A DNA stretch of 64,000 bases from Hellea sp. (GCA_028224375.1 JAOIVW010000014.1:8767-72766); one strand, 5' to 3'; positions 28,428-39,253 are shown, counted from the first letter of the stretch. Notes: generated from the sequence alone by a model not told the origin. Made by a program: numbers and translations.

Positions 28428-29676
28428 CCATGCGGCAGATTATGCCAATCAACTCCTGCAAGATTTAGGCACTGAGGCTCAAGTAACAGCCCAAACGGAT
28501 CATCCCGCAATCGCTTATCGCCGTTCAGGGTTATTACAAACAACGGGCTTGATGTTGCCAGTACCATTAGCGAGCCATGCCGATGGGGCGTTGATGGCAT
28601 TGAAAGCGATATCTTCTAATCCTGAAAATCTCCCAGATTTTGGCAGCGTATTGTTAGGGGAACGGGCGCGCCTGCGAGAGACTATTCGAAAAGGGCGGTT
28701 ATGTGCGGGCGGTTACGGACGATTGATGGATAGCGCTGATGGGCGCATCGCGCTCAACCTTGTACGGGAAGATGATTGGGATTTAATTCCCGCTTGGCTT
28801 GAAGACTATGCCGATGATTGGGAGGGCATAGAACAGCTGGTGGCCCAAAAGGACACAACATATCTTGCCGACCGCGCAGCCGAGATTGGGTTGGCGGTGG
28901 CTAAGGATGAATTACCCTCTAAACCCGACACTTGGTTTTCCATGACGCGCTTCAATTCAGCAACGCGAAAAACACCGCTCATAGTTGATCTCTCGGGCCT
29001 CTGGGCGGGACCTTTGGCGTCAAGCCTTCTGGCCATGACTGGGGCGAAAGTCGTGAAAGTCGAAAGTCCAACGCGGCCTGACGGTATGCGAGCAGGGCAT
29101 AAAGGGTTTTACGATTTGCTAAATGCGGGGAAGGATTGCGTCGCCCTAAACTTTCGTGATGCTGAAGACTTAGCCAGATTGAAAACGCTTTTGCATAAAG
29201 CAGATATTGTGATTGAGGCGTCGCGGCCTAGGGCCTTACGGCAGCTCGGCATTGCCGCAGAAGATTTTGTGGCTGCTAAAGCTGGTAAAATCTGGGCGCG
29301 TCTGACGGCTTATGGGCAATCTGAAAACCGCATTGGCTTTGGCGATGATATTGGTATTTCGGCAGGGCTGGGAACGGTCATGGATATGGCGTATGATGAG
29401 CCATGTTTTGTCGGCGATGCTATTGCAGACCCCATAAATGGATTGCATTTAGCCTTGGCGATACAAGCCAGCCTGAACCAAGGCGGCGGGGTCATTATCG
29501 ATTTAACGATGAGAGATGTACTGCGTTATGCGATGGGGGATGTGCCGTCTGATATGAAATCTATGGCTCAGGAGTGGCAATCTATTGCTCAGCAGGACAA
29601 GGCTCCTCTATACGCTTTGCGGACTCCCAATGGGACAGTAAAAGCCCTCGGCGCGGATAATGCGGTTTGGTTATGA
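28360..29676 (+). CDS. Family III CoA transferase-like protein
   Basis: VDLSGLWAGP, KVESPTRPD, ADIVIEASRP, GDAIADP; true start probably near 28417. Confidence 0.82.
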   Translation: MSSPIMKQANFCAASSETALRSSHAADYANQLLQDLGTEAQVTAQTDHPAIAYRRSGLLQTTGLMLPVPLASHADGALMALKAISSNPENLPDFGSVLLGERARLRETIRKGRLCAGGYGRLMDSADGRIALNLVREDDWDLIPAWLEDYADDWEGIEQLVAQKDTTYLADRAAEIGLAVAKDELPSKPDTWFSMTRFNSATRKTPLIVDLSGLWAGPLASSLLAMTGAKVVKVESPTRPDGMRAGHKGFYDLLNAGKDCVALNFRDAEDLARLKTLLHKADIVIEASRPRALRQLGIAAEDFVAAKAGKIWARLTAYGQSENRIGFGDDIGISAGLGTVMDMAYDEPCFVGDAIADPINGLHLALAIQASLNQGGGVIIDLTMRDVLRYAMGDVPSDMKSMAQEWQSIAQQDKAPLYALRTPNGTVKALGADNAVWL

Positions 29677-30965
29677 TAATCCGAAATGCTGAAATTGATG
29701 GCAAGATATTTGATGTTTTATTAGCCGATGGGCTTATCGCAGAAATCGGCAAAGAATTAAAAGGTGACCCTCATTTTGACGCCAAAGGCGGCGCGCTTAT
29801 CCCAGGGCTCCACGACCACCACATCCACCTAAACGCAACGGCGGCGGCTATGAATTCTGTGCGCTGTGGTCCGCCTGAGGTGAGCGGCGAGACCGAACTC
29901 ATTCAAGCTCTTAATAAGGATGGCGAAGGATGGCTGCGCGGCGTTGGCTATCACCATTCTGTAGCAGGCGAGATTGATCGGGCTTGGCTAGATGAGAATG
30001 GCCCTGACTGCCCCGTACGTATCCAGCATCGCAGCGGGCGGCTTTGGATATTAAATAGCTTTGCTATGGCTGAATTGGATATAACCGAACCAGCCAATGG
30101 GCGCTTACTTGATAGTGACATCTCTCTCAGAGCCACAGCGCAATTTCCTGACTTAAAGCCATTGATAGCTCGGCTGCTGTCTTATGGCATAACGGGCGTG
30201 ACAGAGGTGACGCCAAGTAATGGCATGGCCGAATATGAAAATTATCTCCGCGAGGCAAAGCCCTTACGGGTGAGTATTATGGGACGTGCAGACCTAAGTG
30301 CGAAGCAGTCCCAACATTTAAAGCTCCATTATCATGACCATGATTTGCCAGCTCTAGAGTCTCTCGCGCAGGAGATAAAGCAAGCCCATGCAGCAGGGCG
30401 CAACATCGCCGCGCATTGCGTAACGCGGGCTGAAGTCATGCTGACGCTTGCTGCATTGGAGATGGCAGGGCCAATATATGGAGACCGTATTGAACATGCC
30501 GCGATTGCCGATGATGCGGCCATTGATTGGATGAAAAAACTTGGCGTTATTGTTGTCACGCAACCTAACTTCATTACCGAGCGAGAAGCGGCATATCTGA
30601 AAGATGTTCCTAGTGATGAGCACAAAAACCTGTGGCGATTAAAAGCCTTTGCCGATGCGGGTTTGAAACTTGCGGCGGGGAGTGATGCACCATTTGGAAA
30701 TCCTAATCCGTGGGCCGCAATGGCGGCGGCAGTGTCTCGTCCCAAAGGTTTTGAAGATGAAGCCGTTTCGCCTGAAGCCGCTTTGGGGCTTTATACCAAG
30801 CCCGCTAATGATGCAGGGGCGAAGCCGCGTAAGGTAAAGATTGGAGAGCCCGCGGATTTATGTCTTTTGGATGGCTCTTGGGCACAAGCCCGAAAAAATC
30901 TGACGGACGTCAAAGTGCAAGCCACATGGATTGGCGGCAACTTAGTCTATAATCGCGTCGATTAA
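29667..30965 (+). CDS. Metal-dependent amidohydrolase (Amidohydro_3 type)
   Basis: PGLHDHHIH, AAHCV, RIEHA, GSDAP. Confidence 0.88.
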   Translation: MVMIIRNAEIDGKIFDVLLADGLIAEIGKELKGDPHFDAKGGALIPGLHDHHIHLNATAAAMNSVRCGPPEVSGETELIQALNKDGEGWLRGVGYHHSVAGEIDRAWLDENGPDCPVRIQHRSGRLWILNSFAMAELDITEPANGRLLDSDISLRATAQFPDLKPLIARLLSYGITGVTEVTPSNGMAEYENYLREAKPLRVSIMGRADLSAKQSQHLKLHYHDHDLPALESLAQEIKQAHAAGRNIAAHCVTRAEVMLTLAALEMAGPIYGDRIEHAAIADDAAIDWMKKLGVIVVTQPNFITEREAAYLKDVPSDEHKNLWRLKAFADAGLKLAAGSDAPFGNPNPWAAMAAAVSRPKGFEDEAVSPEAALGLYTKPANDAGAKPRKVKIGEPADLCLLDGSWAQARKNLTDVKVQATWIGGNLVYNRVD

Positions 30966-31910
30966 GCCCCATTCCAGAGCTGTCTCGGCTCTGATTTTCT
31001 CCATAGTTAGCGCCATATAAGCGGTTTTCTGCCGTCCTATTCTTCGCGGAATGCTCGCCGTTCCGCCCGCGCCGGGGATAAGGCCATATTTTAATTCAGG
31101 TAGTTGGAACCATGCTTTGGGTGAAGCCGTAACGCGTTGTCCAAAAGCGGCCATTTCTGCGCCCGCGCCAATGGCGGCTCCGTTGACGTGTATCTCAAGC
31201 CTATCTTTCAGCCGGGCCAAGCGCCACGCGGGCAAACGCAAGCTGCGCACCCAATGGGCTGTCGCAGGGTCAGAGACTTCACCAAATTCTTCAATCTCAC
31301 CGCCTGTTGAGAATGTTGCGCCGCGGCCCGTAATCGTCACTTTAGGTATGTCGGCAGTCAAAGCCAAATCCAACGCACTGCAGAGGGCATCGCGCATCTC
31401 AGTACCGATCGCATTGCGGGTATCGGGGCGGTTGAATGTTAAGTCCATCTCGTTATTGGGATTGACCTCGACGACAAGTGACGGTTCGTCTGATGTAGGA
31501 AGGGGCGTCCCGTCATATTGATTTAACCAAGCCTGAAATTCCGGCCCATTTTGCACGGTTGCATAAGCATAGCTTTCCGCTGTTAAAGCGTCTTCTATGC
31601 CTAATGTTTCAGACGCACGAAGATGCTGCACAAGAACCATTGCCGCTAGAGGCGTTTGAGTGATATTTTTTGCGAGCAAGGGAAGGCTTCTCTCATCCTC
31701 CAGCACCACATCACAAGCTTCGCTTAAATCGCCTTCGCCAATTCCTATGATGGGACAGGGGAGGTCTTTGAGCCAAGTAGATAAAGCTGCGTCAGAGCCT
31801 TTCAAATAAAAGGCGATATAAGGATTTTCTGAGTTTGGGCCAAAGCTTTCACGGGGCGGACACGCTCCATGAAACCGCGCAAGTTCTTCGTATCTAAGCG
31901 GCTTTTTCAT
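30942..31910 (-). CDS. Enoyl-CoA hydratase/isomerase family protein with N-terminal extension
   Basis: NRPDTRNA, FSTGGE, NGAAIGAG.E, PELKYGLIPGAGG. Confidence 0.85.
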   Translation of the reverse strand: MKKPLRYEELARFHGACPPRESFGPNSENPYIAFYLKGSDAALSTWLKDLPCPIIGIGEGDLSEACDVVLEDERSLPLLAKNITQTPLAAMVLVQHLRASETLGIEDALTAESYAYATVQNGPEFQAWLNQYDGTPLPTSDEPSLVVEVNPNNEMDLTFNRPDTRNAIGTEMRDALCSALDLALTADIPKVTITGRGATFSTGGEIEEFGEVSDPATAHWVRSLRLPAWRLARLKDRLEIHVNGAAIGAGAEMAAFGQRVTASPKAWFQLPELKYGLIPGAGGTASIPRRIGRQKTAYMALTMEKIRAETALEWGLIDAIID

Positions 31911-31937
31911 TGACTCATCCGTTAACATAAGTGAGTA

Positions 31938-31954
31938 TCCGAACAACGTTCGGA
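31938..31954. promoter_or_regulatory. Palindromic operator (TetR-type), copy 3, directly upstream of tetR
   Basis: Perfect TCCGAAC-AAC-GTTCGGA; TTGACT at 31910. Confidence 0.8.
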
Positions 31955-31963
31955 AAGTCAGAT

Positions 31964-32656
31964 ATGAAATCTTCTACCGTGAAAAATCAGGCAAAACAAA
32001 CGACTTATGGTCGTCCGCGCCTGCTTTCGCATGAAGAGATTTTGGAAGGGGCGGTTGAGCTCGGGCTTGAAGGGCTAACGATGAAGCGGCTCGCAACACA
32101 CCTGAATGTCGGTACGGCGACGCTCTATCAGTATTTTGACAGCCGAAAGACGCTTATGCGGGCCGCCGCTGTTTATTCACTGTCCGATGTGCCGCTCCCT
32201 GAAGATAAAGGGCAGCATTGGTCGCAATTAGCGCGGGATTATGTCGAGACTATTCAATCACTTCTCGCGGAAAATCCAAGCTTCATACATAGCTATCAGC
32301 ATACGGATTATGGATTTGAAGTTCAGTTTCAGCTTATTGAAAAATTCCTGCACTCGATGTCGGAACGTGGCTTCAAACCTGAAAAAGGCATGGAGCTTTT
32401 CAATATAATCGGGATGGCAGCGTTTGCTGGGGCGATAGAAATCACGCGGCAGCGCGAATTTGAATTTCAGGACGAGACGATGGAGGTCGTCGCCAAGCGC
32501 CAATTTGCGCGGCTCGATGCAGCGGCGTTCCCGATGATGGCGCAGGCGCTTTCGACCTTTACGCAAACGCCTGAGCAAAAAATTGAATTACTTCTCTCGG
32601 CAACGTTTAAAACGATTGCTCGTGAACGCGGAGAAGATGAAAGCGAGATAGTGTAA
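31964..32656 (+). CDS. TetR/AcrR family transcriptional regulator
   Basis: GRPR, GLEGLTMKRLATHLNVGTATLYQYF HTH. Confidence 0.92.
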   Translation: MKSSTVKNQAKQTTYGRPRLLSHEEILEGAVELGLEGLTMKRLATHLNVGTATLYQYFDSRKTLMRAAAVYSLSDVPLPEDKGQHWSQLARDYVETIQSLLAENPSFIHSYQHTDYGFEVQFQLIEKFLHSMSERGFKPEKGMELFNIIGMAAFAGAIEITRQREFEFQDETMEVVAKRQFARLDAAAFPMMAQALSTFTQTPEQKIELLLSATFKTIARERGEDESEIV

Positions 32657-32657
32657 T

Positions 32658-34058
32658 ATGGTTGCGCAATTAGAGACCAAAGCAGACCTTAAAAAAATTC
32701 CGCGCGTGAAGGGGATTCCCTTTGTCGGCAGTACGCTAGAAATGGCAAAAGACCCGGCCGCTTTTTTCGTAAGAGCTTACCGTGATTATGGCCCTGTTTA
32801 TCAGGTTAATGTGTTCGGGCGAAAGCAATATGTTATTGCAGGCGTTGAATCGGCCAAACTCATGTCGACAAAAAAAGGGCGGGACGGTCTGCGCTCCAAA
32901 GAGTTTTGGCAAGATTTTGTCGATCATTACGGCGCGTCTAAAACACTCACTCAGATTGACGGCGAAGAGCACCGCAAAATGCGGGCCATTATGCGCAAAG
33001 GATTCTCGCGCGAAGCCGCGGCCGGGAAATATCACCTGCTGACAGAAATTGTCGATAAGTCCATCATTCGTGACTGGAATGCGGCAGAACCTGTGCCTGT
33101 TGTTGAGGCCTTTCAATATATGATTGTGCAGATGATAGGCGAGATGATGGCGGGCGATGCGCCGCTGGACTATGTAAAAGATATTCGTACAAATATCTTA
33201 TTTTTGCTCAATGTTTTGGTCGCGCGGGTGAGGCCTAAAATCTTTTTAAAATCCCCGAGATTTAAAAAAGCCAGCAAGCGCGTAGATGAACTTGGCCAAA
33301 AAATGGTGGAACAGTTTAGAGCCTATGCGGAGTCTGGCGAGCTGCCAGACAATCTCCTTGGGGATGTTTATCAGGCGCATATTGACGATCCTGAATTTGT
33401 CCAGGAGAGGGACTTGAGCGTTTTGTTGACCGGCCCTTATGTGGCGGGATTAGATACGGTTGCGAATACGGTCGCCGCGGCAACTTACGGCATCCTAAAG
33501 ACACCCGGCGTTCTTGAAAAAGTACAGGCCGAAGCTGACGCGCTTTATGCTAAAGACACCATAACGGAAATGGATATTCGCGAGCTTGATTATATTCAGG
33601 GCTGCTTGAAAGAAGCCATGCGGATTTGGCCGATTGCTGTCGCGCAGATGCGCACAACCAATCATGATCTCGAATTTGAAGGTCATATCATTCCTAAAGA
33701 TGAGTTGATATTTATCGGCACATCTGTACCGCATTTCATGGAAGAATATTTCCCTGACCCTTATAAATTTGACCCTGACCGCTTCAACGAAGAACGCCGT
33801 GAACATATGAAGCCGGGTGTTTATGCTCCCTTTGGTCGCGGCCCGCATAGCTGTCTGGGTCAAAATCTAGCCGAGGTGTTGATGGGAACGCTCATGGCAA
33901 GGTTATTCCATAGGCTCGAACTCTCGCTTGATCCGCCAGATTATGTTCTCAAAACAAAAACAGCGCCAACACCAGGGCCGGCGATGAGCTTTGCTGTCAA
34001 AGTTGTGGGTGAGCGAAATCCTGCCAAAAAATTAATTCCCGAAGTTTTAGAAGAATAG
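32658..34058 (+). CDS. Cytochrome P450
   Basis: AGLDT I-helix, EAMR (ExxR), FDPDRF, heme motif FGRGPHSCLG. Confidence 0.95.
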   Translation: MVAQLETKADLKKIPRVKGIPFVGSTLEMAKDPAAFFVRAYRDYGPVYQVNVFGRKQYVIAGVESAKLMSTKKGRDGLRSKEFWQDFVDHYGASKTLTQIDGEEHRKMRAIMRKGFSREAAAGKYHLLTEIVDKSIIRDWNAAEPVPVVEAFQYMIVQMIGEMMAGDAPLDYVKDIRTNILFLLNVLVARVRPKIFLKSPRFKKASKRVDELGQKMVEQFRAYAESGELPDNLLGDVYQAHIDDPEFVQERDLSVLLTGPYVAGLDTVANTVAAATYGILKTPGVLEKVQAEADALYAKDTITEMDIRELDYIQGCLKEAMRIWPIAVAQMRTTNHDLEFEGHIIPKDELIFIGTSVPHFMEEYFPDPYKFDPDRFNEERREHMKPGVYAPFGRGPHSCLGQNLAEVLMGTLMARLFHRLELSLDPPDYVLKTKTAPTPGPAMSFAVKVVGERNPAKKLIPEVLEE

Positions 34059-34067
34059 GAGACCGTA

Positions 34068-35090
34068 ATGAACGCACCCGTAAATCCAGATCACATCCAA
34101 ACCGGCGAAGAATTGGAACGCTGCCCATTCCCCATTCCTTATGGATGGTTTTGTGTCCATTTTTCGCATGAGCTAAAAGAGGGTGATATCAAGATAGAAA
34201 AAATGTTCGGTAAGGAATGGGTTTTATTCCGCGGCGAAGATGGCTCTGTCGGCATGACGGACCCCTTTTGCCCGCATTTGGGCGCGCATTTGGGCCATGG
34301 CGGTAAAGTCGTCGGCAGTAATATTCAATGCCCGTTCCATAATTGGGAATTTGACAGTGAAGGCTGGTGTAAGAAAATTCCTTACGGCAAAGTCATGCCG
34401 GGCGTCGCGCGCAAAAAGGCTATTTTGAAAGCCCTGCCTGTCATTGAAAAATACGGCGCAATCTGGGCGTGGTATCATCCTAAGGGCGAAGATCCTAAAT
34501 GGGAATTGCCAGCGCATTCAGAATTCGAAAACGAAGATGAGCATGTCGAAACGAAGTTCCATTCTTGGGACATTGGAACCTGCATTCAGGAAATGGGTGA
34601 AAATTCAGTCGATACGCCGCATTTAAAATTCTTGCATGGCGCGCCGATTATCCCGTCCGTCGATGCCAAGGCTGACCGCCATATTTGGCATTATGACATC
34701 ATGGAAGGCTATATTGTTGGCGAGAGTCACGGCCCCGGCCTAGCGCCAAATTGGCATACCAAAGACGGCGTCTCAATGCTGATGTATGCCATGCCTGCGC
34801 CTGTTGATGAGGAAATGTCCCGTGTGCGCATGATGTTTAAATGGAAGAAATATCCTGAAGGCTCCAAAGAAGCGGCCCTCGGACAACATCTCTATGAGCA
34901 CTCTATTGGCGAGGCCGATGGCGAAGAGTCTGCAGGTTTTGAAAGCGTTGATCTCATCGTTTGGGACAATAAGAAATACCGCCCCAAGCCGCTTCTCTGT
35001 GATGGCGACGGGCCTATCCTGGCGTGGCGTAAATATTTCCGTCAATTCTATGTTGATCTGGATGAGAATGACCCAACGGTGGCTATGTAA
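34068..35090 (+). CDS. Rieske oxygenase (KshA/Neverland-like)
   Basis: CPHLGAHL...CPFH Rieske motif; ENSVDTPHLKFLH iron site; DLIVWDNKKY...DGPI. Confidence 0.88.
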   Translation: MNAPVNPDHIQTGEELERCPFPIPYGWFCVHFSHELKEGDIKIEKMFGKEWVLFRGEDGSVGMTDPFCPHLGAHLGHGGKVVGSNIQCPFHNWEFDSEGWCKKIPYGKVMPGVARKKAILKALPVIEKYGAIWAWYHPKGEDPKWELPAHSEFENEDEHVETKFHSWDIGTCIQEMGENSVDTPHLKFLHGAPIIPSVDAKADRHIWHYDIMEGYIVGESHGPGLAPNWHTKDGVSMLMYAMPAPVDEEMSRVRMMFKWKKYPEGSKEAALGQHLYEHSIGEADGEESAGFESVDLIVWDNKKYRPKPLLCDGDGPILAWRKYFRQFYVDLDENDPTVAM

Positions 35091-35893
35091 TGGCCGAAAA
35101 TATGAAAGGACGTCTCGAAGGTAAAGTCTGCATCATCACAGGTGCCGCCCAAGGCATGGGCGAGGCGACAGCTCGCCTATTCGCGTCCCACGGCGCTAAG
35201 GTCGCGCTCGGAGATGTGAACACCGAAAAGCTCGAAGCCGTCGCCAAAGATATTGGCGGGGATGCTTTTTATCACAAGCTTGATGTTTCAGATGACGAGA
35301 ATTGGAAAATCTTCTCGGGCGCTGTCCGGGACAAGTTTGGCACTATTGACGTGCTCGTCAATAATGCCGGTCTTGTACATTTCACGCCGATTGAGATGTT
35401 GGACCCAAATGATTTCAACCGAATTTTGGGCGTAAATACGCTGGGCCCGATATTAGGCACAAAACACGTCACGCCGATTATGAAAGCTGCTGGTAAGGGG
35501 TCTATTATCAATATTAGCTCAGTGGATGGACTGCGCGGCGCAAATGGTTTGACCTGTTACACAGCGAGTAAATGGGCCCTTCGGGGCATAACGAAATGCC
35601 ATGCATTCGAGCTCGGAACATCGGGCATTCGGGTCAACTCGGTTCATCCAGGCGGTGTCGACACGCCTATGGGGAATTCAGCGGGACGCCCCAAAGAAGA
35701 GGTCAATCAGGTCTTCAAACGGCTACCTCTAGGACGCATTGGCGACCCAACGGAAATCGCGCAAGCCTCGCTTTTCCTCGCCAGTGATGAAGCGTCTTAT
35801 ATTACAGGCGCTGAAATCGCGGTAGATGGCGGATGGACGGCGGGGACATTCCTAACCATGCTGCCAGGATCGCCTGAAGGGCTAATGCCGTAG
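35090..35893 (+). CDS. SDR oxidoreductase (3alpha,20beta-HSD-like)
   Basis: TGAAQGMG, NNAG, YTASKWALRG, VNSVHPG. Confidence 0.9.
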   Translation: MAENMKGRLEGKVCIITGAAQGMGEATARLFASHGAKVALGDVNTEKLEAVAKDIGGDAFYHKLDVSDDENWKIFSGAVRDKFGTIDVLVNNAGLVHFTPIEMLDPNDFNRILGVNTLGPILGTKHVTPIMKAAGKGSIINISSVDGLRGANGLTCYTASKWALRGITKCHAFELGTSGIRVNSVHPGGVDTPMGNSAGRPKEEVNQVFKRLPLGRIGDPTEIAQASLFLASDEASYITGAEIAVDGGWTAGTFLTMLPGSPEGLMP

Positions 35894-35942
35894 AGCTCAT
35901 GAAAAAGTTCTTCTCAGCCCTTTTGACAGTTTGAGAGAAGTA

Positions 35943-36446
35943 ATGGATTTTGGCCCCATCACTCAGCTCGGCTATCTGACGGACAAGCTAGATAAGACCG
36001 CCGAGGCGTGGACTAAATTAGGTGTTGGCCCTTTTACGAAAATGTCGGGCGTCTCAATGCCCGCCACAATGGACGGCGAAACGGTTGAGATAAAAATCGA
36101 TCTTGGATTAGCTTATCAGGGTGATGTTCAAATCGAACTTATTCAGCCGCTTTGCGATAGCGCCTCGCCTTACCGCGAAAATAAGCGCGCTGGCATTTGG
36201 GGCGCGCATCACACACAATTCACGGTCGAGGATTTGGACGCGGCCATAGCCCATTGCGAAACCGCAGGCATGGACATGGCCTGCGAAATCACATCAGGCG
36301 GCGGGCGTTATATTTATATGCGCGGCGCGGCGGGCTGGGTGGAATTGGTTGCGCCCAATGCCGGACTTCAAATGTTCTTTGACATGATAAAAAAGAGCTG
36401 TGCCGACTGGGATGGACAAACGGTTTGGAATGACATGACTGGCTAG
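35943..36446 (+). CDS. VOC/glyoxalase family protein
   Basis: QLGY, QIELIQP, HHTQF, VELV. Confidence 0.8.
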   Translation: MDFGPITQLGYLTDKLDKTAEAWTKLGVGPFTKMSGVSMPATMDGETVEIKIDLGLAYQGDVQIELIQPLCDSASPYRENKRAGIWGAHHTQFTVEDLDAAIAHCETAGMDMACEITSGGGRYIYMRGAAGWVELVAPNAGLQMFFDMIKKSCADWDGQTVWNDMTG

Positions 36447-36458
36447 GAGACGCTGCTT

Positions 36459-37007
36459 ATGACGCGTGATGAAAAAATTGATGCCATGCTAGATAAACAT
36501 GAGATTACCGAATTGCTATACGCCTATTGCAATGCGGCGGACCGTCATGACCACGTTAAGATGCGAAGCCTATATCATGAAGATGCTATGGATGATCACG
36601 GCTCATTCTTCAAAGGACCCGCCATGGAGTTCATTGATATGCTTCCCGAAATTCAAGCGCCCATGGAAATTCTTCATCACAACATTACTTCCATCAATAT
36701 CGCGCTGGATGGAAACAAGGCCGAGGGCGAGGTCTATATGATTGCTTTCCACCGTTTCAAAACGGAAGAGGGCGAGTCCGTCGACCTTCTCGTCGGGGGA
36801 CGCTATTTTGATAATTACGAAAAACGTCACGACAAATGGAAATTCAGCCTGCGTGCGGCAGGCGCGGATTGGGCCTATTATAATGCGCCGTCACAAACCG
36901 CGATGGACCATCCGATGATCGCGGCGACTCATATCGCCACGCCAGGACCAAGTGACCCGTCTTATCAATTTTACGAAATGATGAAATTTGGGCAGAAGCT
37001 AAAGTGA
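36459..37007 (+). CDS. NTF2/SnoaL-like protein
   Basis: YCNAADRHD, YHEDA.DDHG, GGRYFD. Confidence 0.85.
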   Translation: MTRDEKIDAMLDKHEITELLYAYCNAADRHDHVKMRSLYHEDAMDDHGSFFKGPAMEFIDMLPEIQAPMEILHHNITSINIALDGNKAEGEVYMIAFHRFKTEEGESVDLLVGGRYFDNYEKRHDKWKFSLRAAGADWAYYNAPSQTAMDHPMIAATHIATPGPSDPSYQFYEMMKFGQKLK

Positions 37008-37195
37008 GGGTATGGGCGCGCTTTTTTGCAAAACTATGTCTCTTGCATCCCCGCAGCAGATATTTTGTGAGTGTCTCAAAGCGCTCGGGGTTAGCCACTC
37101 GGTTAGATCAATGACTTCGCCTGAAGGGCGCTCACCGAGCCATCAATTTTTCTAGTTGCGTTCGCGTATAAAGAGGCAGCATTGTAAGGACTGGT

Positions 37196-39253
37196 ATGAA
37201 ACGATTTTTACTTATATTTTTAGCGTTCCTCGGCCTCATAGGCATTGCCTATTTCATTCTATCAAACATAAGCCGCTATCCGATTGATAAGACCGATGCC
37301 GTGTTGCCGCCGTCTTCGCAAAAATCGCAACGCGAACATTATGCGTTTGGATATCAGCCGCGGCTTACCTACACAGAAACGCGCGCCGCTTGCGATGCGC
37401 AATATCCAAATAAACGGGCCATGTGGGGGGACCTCCATATTCATACGGCGCTTTCCGCAGATGCTTTTCCGGATGGGACGCGGACATTCCCTGACGATGT
37501 TTACCGCTTTGCCAAAGGCGAGGTCATTGACGTGCCGACTCCTGCGGGACAGCCGCAACGAAGTCGGCAGCTTGCGCGTCCTTTAGATTTCGCAGCGGTT
37601 ACAGATCACGCCGAGACTTTTGGCGAAGGGTATATTTGCCGAACCCCCGGCGCCTTTCCGGGATATGATAGCAAGGCCTGCCAAACCTTTAGGGACGGCG
37701 GCGACGCCGGCGTCAGGGTCTTTATGACGCAAAATGCCAAGCTGGAACCGGCGCGCCGTGAAAGCGTTTGCGGCGAAGACCTCAAGGATTGTTTGGCCGC
37801 TGACAAAATTGTCTGGGATAAAACCATAGACTGGGCGCAAGAGGCTTACGACCGGTCCCCGCAATGTTCCTTTACGAGTTTTGTCGGGTATGAATATACG
37901 CGCGCGCCCAATGGCATGCATATGCACCGCAATACGATTTTCCGAAATGCCGATGTACCTGAACGCCCTGCCACGCATCAATCCCATCCCTTGTTACATC
38001 AGCTCCTGCCCAGTTTCGAGCAAGAGTGCCGACTGGGACTGGAAAACTGCGACGTGATTTCTATTCCCCATAATTCGAATATTTCCGGCGGGAACGCCTT
38101 TAATCCGAAAGAGATGAAAGGGTTTTCTATGGAGACCCAAATGGCTATGCGAAAATATCGAAATGCCTATGACCGTCTTATGGAGATAACCCAACACAAA
38201 GGTACGTCAGAATGTGTGAATGAGGTGTCAGATATATTGGGAGATACGGATGAGCTTTGCGATGTGGAAGCCTTGCGGGCCATAGGCCGGAAAGAACGTG
38301 TTTTTGACTTAAACACATATGCGGTAAAATTTGGGACGGCCAATAGCCCCGAGTGTTCCGATGAACATTTTGATGACACCCATAATTTATATAAAGGGTT
38401 TTGTCTCTCGTCTCGTGACTTTGCCAGAGGTGCGTTGCTCGAGGGTATGGCGCAAGAGCAAAGTCAGGGTGCGAACCCCTTTGAATTTGGCTTTATTGGA
38501 AGTTCTGACACGCACATTAGTGTTGCAGGCCATGTCAGTGAAGATAATTGGGGCGGCCATATTGCCTATGAGACAGATTTGGAAGGACGTTTAGGGACAC
38601 CGCAATTGGGACGGTTTAATCGGATTGTCAGTAATCCAGGCGGCCTAGCTGGTGTCTATGCGCTCGAAAACTCACGCGATGCTATATTCCAAAGCATGAA
38701 GCGCCGCGAGGCTTTTGCAACCTCAGGCCCGCGCATCGAGCCACGGTTTTTTGTTGGTCATTTTGATGGTAATATATGCGGCCGCTCAGATTGGCTCGAC
38801 ATGGCCTATGCCGAGGGGACGCCCATGGGATCAAGCCTGCCTGCACAAAACACGCCATTTCAAATTCTGGCGCAGGCCACAGCAGATCCGTTATCCCAAC
38901 CCCTAACCCAGTTGCAAATCATTAAAGGCTGGATAGGCGATGACGGGCACAAAAACACCAAAGTCATTGATCTGCAAAAAACGGATGGAAGCGATAGCTT
39001 GTGCCGTGTTTTCACAGATATGGATTACAATCCAACGCATCCAACCTATTATTACGTCAGAGCCGTAGAACCCAAGCGTCAGCGATGGAGTGCAGCGCAA
39101 TGCGGGGCATTGGATGAAGATAAGCGGCCAGAAAATTGCACAAATGATCAGCCCGAAATGATCCAAGAAATGGCGTGGAGCTCACCAATTTGGCTGACAC
39201 CTGGGCTAATGACGAAACTTCCTTTTGACATAGAAGGTCACGATCACCCCTGA
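37196..39253 (+). CDS. DUF3604 (PHP-fold) protein, membrane-anchored
   Basis: GDLHIHT, DFAAVTDH, HRNTIFR, IPHNSN, GSSDTH, ATSGPRI, AWSSPIW. Confidence 0.85.
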   Translation: MKRFLLIFLAFLGLIGIAYFILSNISRYPIDKTDAVLPPSSQKSQREHYAFGYQPRLTYTETRAACDAQYPNKRAMWGDLHIHTALSADAFPDGTRTFPDDVYRFAKGEVIDVPTPAGQPQRSRQLARPLDFAAVTDHAETFGEGYICRTPGAFPGYDSKACQTFRDGGDAGVRVFMTQNAKLEPARRESVCGEDLKDCLAADKIVWDKTIDWAQEAYDRSPQCSFTSFVGYEYTRAPNGMHMHRNTIFRNADVPERPATHQSHPLLHQLLPSFEQECRLGLENCDVISIPHNSNISGGNAFNPKEMKGFSMETQMAMRKYRNAYDRLMEITQHKGTSECVNEVSDILGDTDELCDVEALRAIGRKERVFDLNTYAVKFGTANSPECSDEHFDDTHNLYKGFCLSSRDFARGALLEGMAQEQSQGANPFEFGFIGSSDTHISVAGHVSEDNWGGHIAYETDLEGRLGTPQLGRFNRIVSNPGGLAGVYALENSRDAIFQSMKRREAFATSGPRIEPRFFVGHFDGNICGRSDWLDMAYAEGTPMGSSLPAQNTPFQILAQATADPLSQPLTQLQIIKGWIGDDGHKNTKVIDLQKTDGSDSLCRVFTDMDYNPTHPTYYYVRAVEPKRQRWSAAQCGALDEDKRPENCTNDQPEMIQEMAWSSPIWLTPGLMTKLPFDIEGHDHP

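Noticed and set aside
37081-37140. Imperfect inverted repeat (GCTCGG...CCGAGC) upstream of DUF3604
   Set aside because: Short, single copy in the window, and not distinguishable from chance.
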